Shown here piece by piece: positions 1 to 10,040 of a stretch of DNA of 57,816 bases; position 1 is the stretch's first letter, and each line of letters begins with the position of its first letter. The stretch lies in assembly GCA_016213925.1 (NCBI GenBank), contig JACQZH010000042.1:1-57816 (forward strand), in the 5' to 3' direction. The stretch is from Candidatus Omnitrophota bacterium (GTDB taxonomy: Bacteria; Omnitrophota; Gorgyraeia; B26-G9). Made by a program: the position numbers and the translations under genes. Below the pieces are notes generated by a model. That model saw nothing but the letters and a program-made list of their open reading frames with translations, did no database searches and was not told the DNA's origin.

Positions 1-240
1 TTCCGCGATGCCTTTTCTTTCGTAGCCGTCAATCAGGCTTTGCGTCTGCTCCATTAAGAATTTGAATTCCGCGTCAATGTCTTCAAAATCAGATGCTTTG
101 GTTTCTTTGGCCTTGCCGGATTGTTTATCAAAGTATTGGCTGGGTAATGCGAAAACTGGAGGTATATCTATAAGAATTATCGCAACGCAGAGTATCAGCG
201 ATATGATTTCATGGAAAATGCTTTTTCTTCTATTCGGCAC
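1..240 (-). CDS. N-terminus of a secreted protein running off the left edge (partial)
   Basis: Not in the ORF track. GTG at 240 is preceded by a G-rich RBS-like sequence and opens MPNRRKSIFHEIISLILCVAIILIDIPPVFA-LPSQ... (basic N-region, hydrophobic core, VFA cleavage site); the frame stays open to base 1. Confidence 0.7.
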   Translation of the reverse strand, partial: MPNRRKSIFHEIISLILCVAIILIDIPPVFALPSQYFDKQSGKAKETKASDFEDIDAEFKFLMEQTQSLIDGYERKGIAE

Positions 241-600
241 AACCCACCCCCGGATTGTTTTAAGCATCCATGGCGTTAATTTTTCCTTAAACTACTGGGG
301 AATCAACACATATAAGTATACCATTTATTCATATTTGGCGCAAATTCAAAACAAGGAAAAGTCGCGTCACGTTAATAGTCCGGCTTGTTAATAGATAGGT
401 AAGCGGCCATTTGGGCAAATTTTGCCTAATGCAAAATTTGAGCGGGTTAAAACGCAGGGAAAAAGAAAAAGGACAGATGGATTTCCGTGTTCTTTTCAGT
501 TTTACGCATCCTCAACCATACATCAAACTCAAATTACAAGGATGTGACCATCTGTCCGTAATATAAGTATATCATAATATTTATAAGTCTGCCACTTTCT

Positions 601-629
601 TTGACAAAAATCATTTTTTGTGCTAAAGT
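601..629 (+). promoter_or_regulatory. sigma70-type promoter for the 636 gene
   Basis: TTGACA (601-606), 17-bp spacer ending TGC, TAAAGT (624-629); ATG follows after 6 nt. Confidence 0.65.
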
Positions 630-635
630 CTGAAT

Positions 636-1202
636 ATGAAAAGATTTATTACCGTTTGTTTGCTTTTAACATTTTTTTGCCCCGGCTGCGCCACTCTACA
701 AAAAAAGAGTGCAAAATTAAACCACGGCATTTCACAAGCTAAGGTCATAGAATTATTTGGCGAACCCGTCCAGAAAGTCCCTGTCGGCATAACGGAAAAA
801 AATTTAAGCGTGGAAGTATGGGAATACCAAAACAAAAAAGTTCCTTTATTAAAAAAAGATGAGTTCTGCATAATTATTTTTGTCGATAAAGAGCTCTATT
901 TCTGGACAACTGATTCCGCGGATAAAATTTTTGAAGAACTTATAAAACTCGGCGTAGTCAAAGAAGACATGCAGATCGGGCCATACGAGCAAAATAAAGC
1001 GCTCCAGGATTCAGCCGCTCAAGCTGAAAATATGAGAAGAACTATGGAAACAATCCGCACTTACCAGTTCTTTAAAGAAACACAGATGCAAATACAGCAT
1101 CAACAGCAAATACAAACTCTGCGCCAAAACCAGCTATTCCCTACGCCAAAGCCAGTACAACCTGTACAGTTCCAGCGCCCGCTTAAGCCAAATCAGCGGT
1201 AA
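636..1202 (+). CDS. lipoprotein, SmpA/BamE-like domain with Gln-rich tail
   Basis: Signal peptide with lipobox-like PGC; G.S...V...FG.P and EVWEY motifs. Confidence 0.6.
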   Translation: MKRFITVCLLLTFFCPGCATLQKKSAKLNHGISQAKVIELFGEPVQKVPVGITEKNLSVEVWEYQNKKVPLLKKDEFCIIIFVDKELYFWTTDSADKIFEELIKLGVVKEDMQIGPYEQNKALQDSAAQAENMRRTMETIRTYQFFKETQMQIQHQQQIQTLRQNQLFPTPKPVQPVQFQRPLKPNQR

Positions 1203-1268
1203 CATAAAAGAGGGATTAGGGATTGGAGGATGGGGGATGGGAATTAGCTTCCAATGATATCCAGCAGC

Positions 1269-2090
1269 TTACTTATTAATGGACTCTAAAAACGAGCATA
1301 TTGCCGCGCTAATTCTATCCTGGGCAATAAAAAAAGCGTCGTTATGGCCAGCGTTATCTATAAGTAAAAATTGCTTCGGCTCGGCAGCAGCAGTAAAAAG
1401 TTTTTCGCCTAAACGCAAAGGCACGATTTCATCCTGACTGCCATGAATAAATAACTTTGGTATTTTAACATTAGGGACTTTAGAAAAAGAATCAAACTTG
1501 GTTTTAAGAAAAACCGCCGGCAGAAAAGGATAGATAACTTTTGCCATATCTTTAACACAAGTAAACGTACCCTCTGTTATCAGCGCATCAAGCTTCACTT
1601 TATTTGCAAGATCTATTGCTACTGCCCCGCCCAAAGATTCTCCGTAAACAATAACCAAATGTTTTTCATTTGCCTTTTTCGATAAATCAATTATATATTT
1701 ATACGCGGCAAGCGCGTCAGCATACATACCCTGTTCGCTTGGGGCTCCCTCGCTTTTACCGTAACCACGGTAATCAAACATGAATGTATTGACATTGATC
1801 AAACTAAAAAATTTTATCTTATCAATACGATGGCTGATATTGCCGGCGTTGCCGTGACAGAAAATTATTGTATATTTAGCGTTTTCTGCCTTAACCAGCC
1901 AGCCATGCAGTTTGACTTTATCTTCAGCAGTAAAATACACATCCTCATACGCAAGCCCGATATCCGCAGGAACCATTTCAAGCTCCTTTTCCGGGTAATA
2001 AAGGCTGCTGTTCTCTAAATACCTCGCGTAAATATATACCGCCAGGACACAAATAACTCCAGTAAACAGAAACCTTAAAACACTTATCAT
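1269..2090 (-). CDS. membrane-anchored alpha/beta hydrolase (ABHD13/17-like)
   Basis: HGNAGN, DYRGYGKS, GESLGG nucleophile elbow, HGSQDEIVP, GHND. Confidence 0.9.
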   Translation of the reverse strand: MISVLRFLFTGVICVLAVYIYARYLENSSLYYPEKELEMVPADIGLAYEDVYFTAEDKVKLHGWLVKAENAKYTIIFCHGNAGNISHRIDKIKFFSLINVNTFMFDYRGYGKSEGAPSEQGMYADALAAYKYIIDLSKKANEKHLVIVYGESLGGAVAIDLANKVKLDALITEGTFTCVKDMAKVIYPFLPAVFLKTKFDSFSKVPNVKIPKLFIHGSQDEIVPLRLGEKLFTAAAEPKQFLLIDNAGHNDAFFIAQDRISAAICSFLESINK

Positions 2091-3097
2091 TTTCCCCTCT
2101 CTCCAACCGCCTGTTTGATTTTTTCAATAACATCTTCCGCGCTAATTCCCAGCATACACTTTGCCGGCCTGTTTTTTTCAGCACAGGAACCGGGATTTTT
2201 CCCGGGATAACAAGGCATGCAATCCAGCCGGCTCTTAGACTGTACAATATACTCTTTATGAAACAATGGATAAATAAAGTTTTTATTGGTTGCTCCGTAA
2301 AGGCCGATTGATTTCACGCCCGCACAGCTAGCCAGATGAAGTAAACTTGAATCCGGGCCAATAAAAACATCTAATCGTTTGATCATAGCTAATCCCTCTG
2401 CTAATCCCTTATCAGTAATAACCATTGTTTTGGCAGATACCTGCTCTAAAAAATCTCTCGTCCATTCTGAATTATCCGGCTTACCGAATACAAAAACCTT
2501 TGCGTTCAATTCAACATCCAAAAAATCAACAAGCTTGTTCCAATGCTCTATAGGCCAGCATTTTAACAGCCATCCGGCAAAAGGCATTATGCCCACAGAT
2601 ATTTTATGACTTTGGGGCCGGTTTTGCGCAAACATTTTATCAGCAAATTCATCGTTGGCTTTTGAAAACTTAAAATTAAACCTTGGCGGTTCATTCTTTA
2701 TGCCTATTTGCTCAAGCAGTTCCAAATATTTTTGGGCGACATGGCTGCTATAATCACGCACAACACTTTTAGCAGGTTTAATGCAGGCCGGTATATTAAA
2801 AAAATACTGCATCTGCGTATCCCTTAAGATAATCGCTAAATCGAATTTTCTACTGCGGATTTTAAAAATAAATCTTAAATATCCTAAAATCCCTTTATCG
2901 TTTTTTTTCTTATCAAATACAATTACCTCATCCACGCCATCGCAAACCTCTGCAACTTCCCTGGATTTATCTGAAGTAATAAAACTTATCCTCGCGTTTG
3001 GAAAATTCTTACGCAAAGGCCACACAACAACCATATCATAACAAACATCGCCGATATTGCTATGCCCGAAGACCAGTATGTTTTTAAAATTATCCAT
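2087..3097 (-). CDS. glycosyltransferase family 9 (LPS heptosyltransferase-like)
   Basis: SNIGD, KCWP, GPDSSLLHLA, GLYGAT motifs. Confidence 0.9.
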   Translation of the reverse strand: MDNFKNILVFGHSNIGDVCYDMVVVWPLRKNFPNARISFITSDKSREVAEVCDGVDEVIVFDKKKNDKGILGYLRFIFKIRSRKFDLAIILRDTQMQYFFNIPACIKPAKSVVRDYSSHVAQKYLELLEQIGIKNEPPRFNFKFSKANDEFADKMFAQNRPQSHKISVGIMPFAGWLLKCWPIEHWNKLVDFLDVELNAKVFVFGKPDNSEWTRDFLEQVSAKTMVITDKGLAEGLAMIKRLDVFIGPDSSLLHLASCAGVKSIGLYGATNKNFIYPLFHKEYIVQSKSRLDCMPCYPGKNPGSCAEKNRPAKCMLGISAEDVIEKIKQAVGERGK

Positions 3098-3357
3098 AAA
3101 TTTTCCCCGTGTATTTCATCAAAAAAACTGCTTCCATTTAAAGAAATTACCATATTATACGGTAAACATGCAAGCATTTCATTAAACAGCGAATATCGGT
3201 TAAAGTTTAGCAGTTAATTATGCCTTCCCTTTTATCCTGGACAAACTATCACAAAAACAATACAATATTATCTATCAAATAATTTAAACCAACTGTAAAA
3301 ACTATCGTTTTTTCAGCAGCTTAACTCTAAGTTAGACACAAAATACGGAGAAAATTA

Positions 3358-3729
3358 ATGCAGCTAAAACTAGACATAAACGAAAAAACAGGGCTATATT
3401 TAGGTACTGAAATAGATGAAAAATGGTGGAAACGGTACACAAAAAACAAATTATTGGCACGGGGTAATGGTAAATACTGGTATGATGACAAGGCATTTTA
3501 TTTTCTAAGATACCTCACAACAGAACCGATTACTATTTCATTAAAAGATATCAAGGAATTTAAATTTGGCAACTGGCATTCAGGAAGATGGTGTTTCGAA
3601 TATCCAATTTTAAAAATTATTTGGCTAAAAGACGGGCTTAAGTTAAGTTCGGGCTTTCTTATCTCAAAAAATAACGCTGATATTGAAAAAATTATAACTG
3701 AACTTAAGAATAAACTTAACGTTTTGTAA
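3358..3729 (+). CDS. hypothetical protein
   Basis: 123-aa ORF with GGAG RBS upstream; no motif recognised. Confidence 0.65.
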   Translation: MQLKLDINEKTGLYLGTEIDEKWWKRYTKNKLLARGNGKYWYDDKAFYFLRYLTTEPITISLKDIKEFKFGNWHSGRWCFEYPILKIIWLKDGLKLSSGFLISKNNADIEKIITELKNKLNVL

Positions 3730-3843
3730 CTCCATGTACAATACGTTTATCAAAACATCGATTTATCAATAAAAGTGCATAGTAACTCGCTTCTTTGCAA
3801 AAAGCGGGACAGGCAGGCAATCCCACTAAAGCAGTAGGAGATA

Positions 3844-4632
3844 TTATTCGCCTTCTAAAACCAACTCTCTATTCCCATAATCAATATTAAACTTAAAATT
3901 TTTAAAAAAAGACATTCCAAGCACTCCGTCCCAGGAAGAAACTCCTTCTGCTGAATCAAACATCATCACAGCATCAATATTTTTAAGTTCCACCTCCCCA
4001 ACGCGAACACTCTTTAACACAAAACATTTCCCCTTAAGAAGTTTCTCCCCAGCTGTTATAATTCTTACTTGATTCCAACTAATACCCATCCCTAATTTAT
4101 TTTTAATACTTTGGTTCAAAAATATATCCGTAGCTCCCGTATCAATTAATAACTCAACCGATATCCTGCCATTTAATAATGCTTCCACCCCCAGAGCATT
4201 ACCGCGTTTTATACATTTTATTACCTTCCTTGATATTTTCTGATTAGATGCTTCACTTGCTTTCTGCTGTTCTTCTCTTCGCTGTTCGAACTCTTTTTTT
4301 ATCCGCTGTTTATTTCTCTCCTCCTCTTCCTTAATCCGTTTCATTTCTTCAGCCGCTTCTCTTTCCCGTTGTCCAGCTTCAATTTCCCATTTACTTTTTA
4401 GCTGCTCAACTTCTTCTTTTTCGGCTCTTTTAATTTCTTTGATCTTTTCTTTTTTTAATTTTATCGAACCGAATCCCAACTCAATCATAACATATTCATC
4501 GGTTTCTTCCTGTATTAGCCCTTCCATCACCTTGCCGTTTTTTAAGTAAATAACATCCGCATATCCCCTGGCAAATATGCCAAACGTCAAAATAGTAAAA
4601 ATCATAAATAAAAAAATCTTTTTAATATTCAT
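3844..4632 (-). CDS. secreted retropepsin-like aspartyl protease (TIGR02281-like)
   Basis: Signal peptide, coiled coil, LIDTGAT and GVLGMSF motifs. Start moved to ATG 4632, which lies 6 nt after TG-TATAAT. Confidence 0.85.
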   Translation of the reverse strand: MNIKKIFLFMIFTILTFGIFARGYADVIYLKNGKVMEGLIQEETDEYVMIELGFGSIKLKKEKIKEIKRAEKEEVEQLKSKWEIEAGQREREAAEEMKRIKEEEERNKQRIKKEFEQRREEQQKASEASNQKISRKVIKCIKRGNALGVEALLNGRISVELLIDTGATDIFLNQSIKNKLGMGISWNQVRIITAGEKLLKGKCFVLKSVRVGEVELKNIDAVMMFDSAEGVSSWDGVLGMSFFKNFKFNIDYGNRELVLEGE

Positions 4633-4759
4633 ATTTTTATTATACAATAAAATCCGTAAATTTTAACTATTAAAAAAACTCTTGCTAATTAGTAAAAATT
4701 TTGTAAACTATATATTAACCTAAAATTAGGGATTATAACTTTTAAATTAGGAGGAGAAA

Positions 4760-5086
4760 ATGCGTAATAAAATAGTAACTTTGCTCTTAATCCTTGCAAT
4801 CGGTATCAATATTTGCGGCTGCGGAAGCCTTGTGGATAAAATGAACCGGCTTTCAATTAATATGACTAAGGATGAAGTCAGAGCCCTTTTCGGAACCAAT
4901 TTCAAAGCAATCGCCTCAAAAGTAGATTCTGACGGCAATGTCCTGGACCTATGGGAATTCTTTGACGGAAAAACAAAAGCGACCTATCAGATATACTTTT
5001 TAAATGACAAAGTTTCTCAATGGGGGAAAAAAGAAGACTTGAAAGCCTTTCCCGAACTTCACATGCCGGCTTATAAACCGCAGTAA
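4760..5086 (+). CDS. small lipoprotein (SmpA/BamE-like)
   Basis: AGGAG RBS, lipobox ICGC, MTKDEV..LFG, and F.NDKV.QWG. Confidence 0.7.
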   Translation: MRNKIVTLLLILAIGINICGCGSLVDKMNRLSINMTKDEVRALFGTNFKAIASKVDSDGNVLDLWEFFDGKTKATYQIYFLNDKVSQWGKKEDLKAFPELHMPAYKPQ

Positions 5087-5110
5087 GCTGCAGTTTCTTT
5101 AAAAAAAACC

Positions 5111-5145
5111 AAAGCGGATAGATTTGTAGCCTATCTGCTTTTTTT
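5111..5145 (+). terminator. intrinsic terminator, probably bidirectional
   Basis: AAAGCGGATAG...CTATCTGCTTT stem followed by a T-run, between convergent genes. Confidence 0.7.
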
Positions 5146-5193
5146 ATGGAAAATACGTGCCGAGCAATTGATTAATCAACCCAAAATTTGTAA

Positions 5194-6192
5194 TTATTGC
5201 TTATCTGCTTTAGCCGCTATAACTTTAATCTCTTCTTCAAATTGATTCTTTTTTAATCTTATCTGACAACTTTGCCCCTCTTCCGCATCGCTGTACGCAG
5301 CGCAAACATGCGCCGCTCTTTCAACCAGGCTTTCCAGTTTCTCTCCAAGCAGTAAACAAACCGGCCCGGGAATATGTTCCGCGCTCAATAAAATATCCGC
5401 AGCACTAAAAGATTTTTCAATCTCTCTGTTTTCCTGTTCATTGCGCCCGACTATAAGCTTTGACTTTTCATTAAGGCGTATATGCCTTCCCACTTTAAGT
5501 AAATTTAAATCCCGTAACACGGGATCAGGATTATGCTGAAAAAGATCTTTTAATCTAAGCGAAAAATTTTTATCTGTAAGCAAACATCCTCCTGCCGGAT
5601 TAGGGTACTCTTCTATCCCGTATTTTGCGGCAAGTTCAAACTGGAGTTTTCGTGAACGCCCTTGAATATCCATCAATAATCCCCGGTTCAGCAGGCCTTC
5701 TTTTTCCGGTTTTGTCTGCTCTAAAAGCTTTGCGCTAAGAGGACGCACCAGATATTCTTTATAGCCGGACATTTCGGCAACAACATCTAAAGACCTTCTA
5801 TTCTGTGACATCGGCCGTTCATTCAGCACTTCACCTGTAAAAATAAAATCAACCCCCTGCTCATCCATTATTTGCCCGGCAATATTAACCATAAGCGCAT
5901 GGCAGTCAATACAGGGATTCATGGTTTTTCCGTATCCATGAGGAGGGTTTTTAACAATTTCAAGATGGCGTTCAGTAATATCCTTTACAATAAGCTCAAT
6001 CCCAAGTTTTTCCGCAGCTTTATTAGCCATCTTAGGCCCAAAAAAAGGAGTCATAAAGGAAATTCCGGTAACTTCGATACCCTGCTCCAGCAGTAACTTC
6101 ACCGCAAGCATGCTGTCCAAACCGCCGGATAATAACCCTATCGCGTATACTTTCTTTTTCAAAATTATACCATTATCCCGAATTTTGCACAT
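5194..6192 (-). CDS. PP-loop tRNA thiouridine-modification protein (ThiI/MnmA-like); start uncertain
   Basis: SGGLDS PP-loop, NPCIDCH, TGEVL..RPMSQ, PAGGCLLTD. Confidence 0.85.
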   Translation of the reverse strand: MCKIRDNGIILKKKVYAIGLLSGGLDSMLAVKLLLEQGIEVTGISFMTPFFGPKMANKAAEKLGIELIVKDITERHLEIVKNPPHGYGKTMNPCIDCHALMVNIAGQIMDEQGVDFIFTGEVLNERPMSQNRRSLDVVAEMSGYKEYLVRPLSAKLLEQTKPEKEGLLNRGLLMDIQGRSRKLQFELAAKYGIEEYPNPAGGCLLTDKNFSLRLKDLFQHNPDPVLRDLNLLKVGRHIRLNEKSKLIVGRNEQENREIEKSFSAADILLSAEHIPGPVCLLLGEKLESLVERAAHVCAAYSDAEEGQSCQIRLKKNQFEEEIKVIAAKADKQ

Positions 6193-6444
6193 GAGTATCT
6201 GTTTTGTTCCTATCCTTATTAATTATAACAAGTTGCTCTAATGCAACGCAGCATTAAAATGTGCAAGCGAAATTCGGGATACCTCGATAGCAAGTCTAAA
6301 TCCTAAACGGATTTAGACTATCGCCCCTATTGGGCAAATTTTACTGTTGCCTGTCTGCCAGCCAGGCAGGCAAAATTTGGGATTATTTGAGCTTTTTAGT
6401 CTTTGAGCTTATGAACTTATCAGCTTATCAGCTTATGAGCTAAT

Positions 6445-6921
6445 TTATCTATTGATCTCAAGTATTTCAATTGTCATCATGCCGGAAGGAATTTTCACCT
6501 GAACAATATCTCCGATTTTCTTTCCAAGAATTCCTTTGCCTAAAGGCGAGGTAACAGAAATTTTATTTTTATTGAAATCAGCCTCTGCATCGCCGACAAG
6601 CATATATTCCTCAATCTCATTATCGTTTACCACTCTGATTTTAACTTTTGCTCCAAGCAGCACTTTATCTTTATCAATGTTCTCATTGTCAACGATACGG
6701 GCATGGCCCAGCATCCCTTCCAGCTCAGAAATTCTAGTTTCATTCAATGCCTGGGCTTCTTTTGCCGCCTGATATTCCGCATTTTCGCGCAAATCCCCAA
6801 GCGCCCGCGCTTTCTCAATCGCATCTGAGATCTCTCTGCGCCGCCGGTTCTTTAAAAAATCATATTCCTCTTTTAATTCATTGTAGCCTTCTCTAGTAAG
6901 AAAAACATCCCCTTTTGCCAT
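6445..6921 (-). CDS. greA: transcription elongation factor GreA
   Basis: LT.EGY..LKEE, GDLRENAEY, IS..SPLGK. Confidence 0.97.
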   Translation of the reverse strand: MAKGDVFLTREGYNELKEEYDFLKNRRRREISDAIEKARALGDLRENAEYQAAKEAQALNETRISELEGMLGHARIVDNENIDKDKVLLGAKVKIRVVNDNEIEEYMLVGDAEADFNKNKISVTSPLGKGILGKKIGDIVQVKIPSGMMTIEILEINR

Positions 6922-6953
6922 AATATTTTTACACTACCCCCTCTTTTGCCTCA

Positions 6954-7532
6954 TCACCTTTTGAACTCACAAATCTTTTGCCACCAACTGCTGCTATCCC
7001 ACTTCTGCAGATTTTTCCATAAACTTTTAGCGCTTTTCGAGCTTAAAAAACCAGGGGCTTTTTTAAAAAAAAGGCGCGCCTGTATATGGCCATGGTCATA
7101 ATATTCTTTTGCCTGTAATAAACATTCTAAAATATCCGCGTCACGGGCAATAATACTTTCTAAGTTTTTTTGTTCTACATAATCCTTGCGCCATTTTCGC
7201 ATCTCTTTTTTTATTGCCAGGGGCAATTCTTCTGTCTGATCTGAAAAAGCCATATTTTCAGCCTCGCCAAAATTCAGATAACGTACAGCCATTTTATGGG
7301 CATCATTAATACGCGCTTCATGGATGTCATTAAATAAACACATCATTACCACGCTATAGGCGTCAGCTTTTTCCATCTTAGCCATCGCATAACCTATAAC
7401 CGCACAGCGATAACAATGTTCCGCAACACTTTCCGGATTCTTAATTCCCAATACCCACCAGCCGCTGCGTTTTATGTTTTTCAGCAAACCCGCCTCGGCA
7501 AAAAAATTAAGCAGGTTATGTTCTTCTTTCAT
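6954..7532 (-). CDS. HD-domain hydrolase (YfbR/YGK1-like 5'-deoxynucleotidase)
   Basis: LK.IKRSGW, ESVAEH, DIHEAR, DADILE. Start at ATG 7532 after a GGGG RBS-like sequence. Confidence 0.85.
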   Translation of the reverse strand: MKEEHNLLNFFAEAGLLKNIKRSGWWVLGIKNPESVAEHCYRCAVIGYAMAKMEKADAYSVVMMCLFNDIHEARINDAHKMAVRYLNFGEAENMAFSDQTEELPLAIKKEMRKWRKDYVEQKNLESIIARDADILECLLQAKEYYDHGHIQARLFFKKAPGFLSSKSAKSLWKNLQKWDSSSWWQKICEFKR

Positions 7533-7956
7533 ATTGCCCCTTTTTGCCTGATAATCCCAAATTTTGGGATAACAAGGTTTTACCAAGCTTATCTAGACTT
7601 TTTTTAATCTCATCTCTGGTTTTTCTAAAGACATCAATGCCTTTGCCCTTCGGATCTTCCACCTGCCATATAAGCAGCGGGATGCCAGCCAAGACTGGGC
7701 AGCTATCCCCGCATCCCAGAGAAACTGCCAGGTCAATTTCTTTTGTCGATACTTCCTCAAATCCCTTTGAAACAGCATTTGAAATATCAATACCTATCTC
7801 TTTCATAACGGCAATAGCATCCGGATTCACATTGCCTGAAGGTTGAGAACCAGCACTATAAGCTTTAATCGCTCCGGAATAATAATGATTTGCCAAAGCC
7901 TCAGCTATCTGACTGCGGCAGGAATTTTCAATACATAAAAAAAGTACTTTTTTCAT
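7516..7956 (-). CDS. arsC: arsenate reductase, LMW-PTP family
   Basis: LFLC.ENSCRSQ.AE, SAGS, CP and DP motifs. Confidence 0.85.
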   Translation of the reverse strand: MKKVLFLCIENSCRSQIAEALANHYYSGAIKAYSAGSQPSGNVNPDAIAVMKEIGIDISNAVSKGFEEVSTKEIDLAVSLGCGDSCPVLAGIPLLIWQVEDPKGKGIDVFRKTRDEIKKSLDKLGKTLLSQNLGLSGKKGQYERRT

Positions 7957-7981
7957 TTCGCTATATTTCTCAAACGAAAAT

Positions 7982-9250
7982 TCAAAACTTATTAATCACC
8001 AGCCCGGTTGTTGGTTTTGGATAAAAATAAGTCGATTTCTGCGGCATCCTGCTACGGGAAAGCGCTATTTCTTTTACCTGCTGCGGCTTTGTCGCGTTCG
8101 GAAAAAAAGCAAGCGCGTAATGTTTTTTCTTCACGCAAGAAACAGCAAAATCAGGATCGCGGGTATAAGAGATATTTTCTTCTTTCTGCGGCTCATTAAG
8201 CTTGAAAATATGCTCAAAAACTATTTTATTAAGCATCGCCACATCAAGCCGCCTCCACTGCGCAAGAGTTTTTTTCATCAATCTTTCAAGCAGCCTTTTA
8301 TCTTTCATCTCCAAAGTATAAAACCTGCCTTTATGATACATCCCTAAAGAAAACCCGGCAGATTTTTTCTGCAGCTTTAGCATCATTTCAAGATTTCCCG
8401 CATGCGTTAACGCAAAGTAATCTTGTAGCTTCTTCAGCTTTCCTTCAAGCCCCGGAATATTTTTAACCAGCCGATGTGTCGGTAAAATACTCAGATTTTC
8501 CTCGCTAAATCCGGTAAAATACATTAGTACATAATTAAATTTGTCATCCGCAGTTGCTCCTTTTTTGAGCATCTCATGGCGAAATGCCCGGCAAACTTCG
8601 TAACGATGATGCCCGTCAGCAATAAATATCTGTTTTTTCTTCATCAGTTGCCTGATTTGATTTATCTTCTTTGCGTCATCGACCTTCCAAAAAGAATGTT
8701 TAACATTTTCTTTATCTTTAAAATTTATAAGCGGTTTTTTCTCTAATAAAGGCTTTATAACAGCTTCTATCTTTTTCCGGCTATCCAGATAAAACGAAAA
8801 TATCGGGCTTAAATTAGCCCGGACAGCACGGATAAGCTTTAATCTATCTTCCTTAGGCTTTGATAAAGTATGTTCATGCGGCAAACAATCCTGGCTTTTA
8901 TTTCCGAATTTTATAACGGCAAAAAAACCGATTCTTCTTTTACGTTTTCCTTCAAAATCATACTCCTGAGTATAGATATAGATACACGGTTTTTCGTCTG
9001 AAGTTAATATGCCTTCTTTCTGCCATTTTTCAAACAACTGCGCAGCCCGGCTATAACGGTTTTTAGTTTCATCATCCGCGGTAAACTGTTTACCCAGAAT
9101 CAGCCGCACAATATTAAACGGATGCTGCGCATAAAGCTCTTTCTGCTCTTTTTCGGAAATAATATCATAAGGCGGCGCAAAAACTTTACTTAAAGAGGCC
9201 ACTTTATTTTTGTTATACCTAAGCCCGTAAAAAGGGTGAATGTCTGCCAT
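7982..9250 (-). CDS. DUF1015 family protein
   Basis: PPYD, PHEHT, IADGHHRY, PTHR, MPQKSTYFYPK. Confidence 0.92.
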   Translation of the reverse strand: MADIHPFYGLRYNKNKVASLSKVFAPPYDIISEKEQKELYAQHPFNIVRLILGKQFTADDETKNRYSRAAQLFEKWQKEGILTSDEKPCIYIYTQEYDFEGKRKRRIGFFAVIKFGNKSQDCLPHEHTLSKPKEDRLKLIRAVRANLSPIFSFYLDSRKKIEAVIKPLLEKKPLINFKDKENVKHSFWKVDDAKKINQIRQLMKKKQIFIADGHHRYEVCRAFRHEMLKKGATADDKFNYVLMYFTGFSEENLSILPTHRLVKNIPGLEGKLKKLQDYFALTHAGNLEMMLKLQKKSAGFSLGMYHKGRFYTLEMKDKRLLERLMKKTLAQWRRLDVAMLNKIVFEHIFKLNEPQKEENISYTRDPDFAVSCVKKKHYALAFFPNATKPQQVKEIALSRSRMPQKSTYFYPKPTTGLVINKF

Positions 9251-9265
9251 TAATCCTGCTCCTTT

Positions 9266-9631
9266 TTATATTTTATTTTTGCAAAATAATTGCCCTATAC
9301 AAGACCCGATCCCGTCATAGATCAAATCTACGGCACTTGCTGTACGCATCGGTACAAAATACTGATGAAATTCATCGCTGGCTCCGTAAAGCACCGCTGC
9401 CAATACCGCCAAAAGACGAAAATTATTTCTTAATATTTCCCTATTATCCTCATTTTTGAACGCTCTTGCAAGCAAAAAACCAAACACCGCGTATTCCAGA
9501 GCGTGGGGAATCCCGTCTACGGAAAAAATCGGCTGAACCTCTTTCGGAAACCGAGATATAGAGGAAACTGAAAAAATTAATGCTGCCCATACTATCACCG
9601 GCAGCCAATATTTCCTGAATTCTTTTGTCAT
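9266..9631 (-). CDS. VanZ family membrane protein
   Basis: H..EY, YGASDEFHQYFVP.R. Confidence 0.9.
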   Translation of the reverse strand: MTKEFRKYWLPVIVWAALIFSVSSISRFPKEVQPIFSVDGIPHALEYAVFGFLLARAFKNEDNREILRNNFRLLAVLAAVLYGASDEFHQYFVPMRTASAVDLIYDGIGSCIGQLFCKNKI

Positions 9632-9639
9632 CTTTTGTT

Positions 9640-9966
9640 TTATTTATTCTCCGGAGAGTTTTTATCCGTCGTCTTAACCTTATCAGTTTTAGCTTCTGTT
9701 TTTACCTCTTTAGAAGCAGCATCTTTTGTTTTAGATTTATCGGCTGCCGAGGTTCCATTTTTCAGGGAAGGCTTATTTTCTTTACGCTTATAATCTGTCT
9801 CGTAGAAACCGCTGCCTTTAAAGATTATCCCTATCCCTGCCCCAATCATTCTTCTGGCCTTTTTCTTTTTGCACTTTGGGCATTTTGCAAGCGGTTTATC
9901 ATTCATCTTCTGAAAAACTTCAAAAACATGGCCGCAATCAGAACACTTAAAATCATATGTAGGCAC
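9640..9966 (-). CDS. FmdB family zinc-ribbon protein
   Basis: MPTYDFKC..CG...CPKC...IFKGSGFYETDY. Confidence 0.92.
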   Translation of the reverse strand: MPTYDFKCSDCGHVFEVFQKMNDKPLAKCPKCKKKKARRMIGAGIGIIFKGSGFYETDYKRKENKPSLKNGTSAADKSKTKDAASKEVKTEAKTDKVKTTDKNSPENK

Positions 9967-10040
9967 AACAACCTCCAGTTAAAACTCTAAAACCAAAACA
10001 CTAAACTATAAATAAAATCCTATTACGAAATCTCTACTCG

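Noticed and set aside
62-391. 109-aa plus-strand ORF
   Set aside because: Antisense to a better minus-strand signal-peptide frame starting at 240; weak start.
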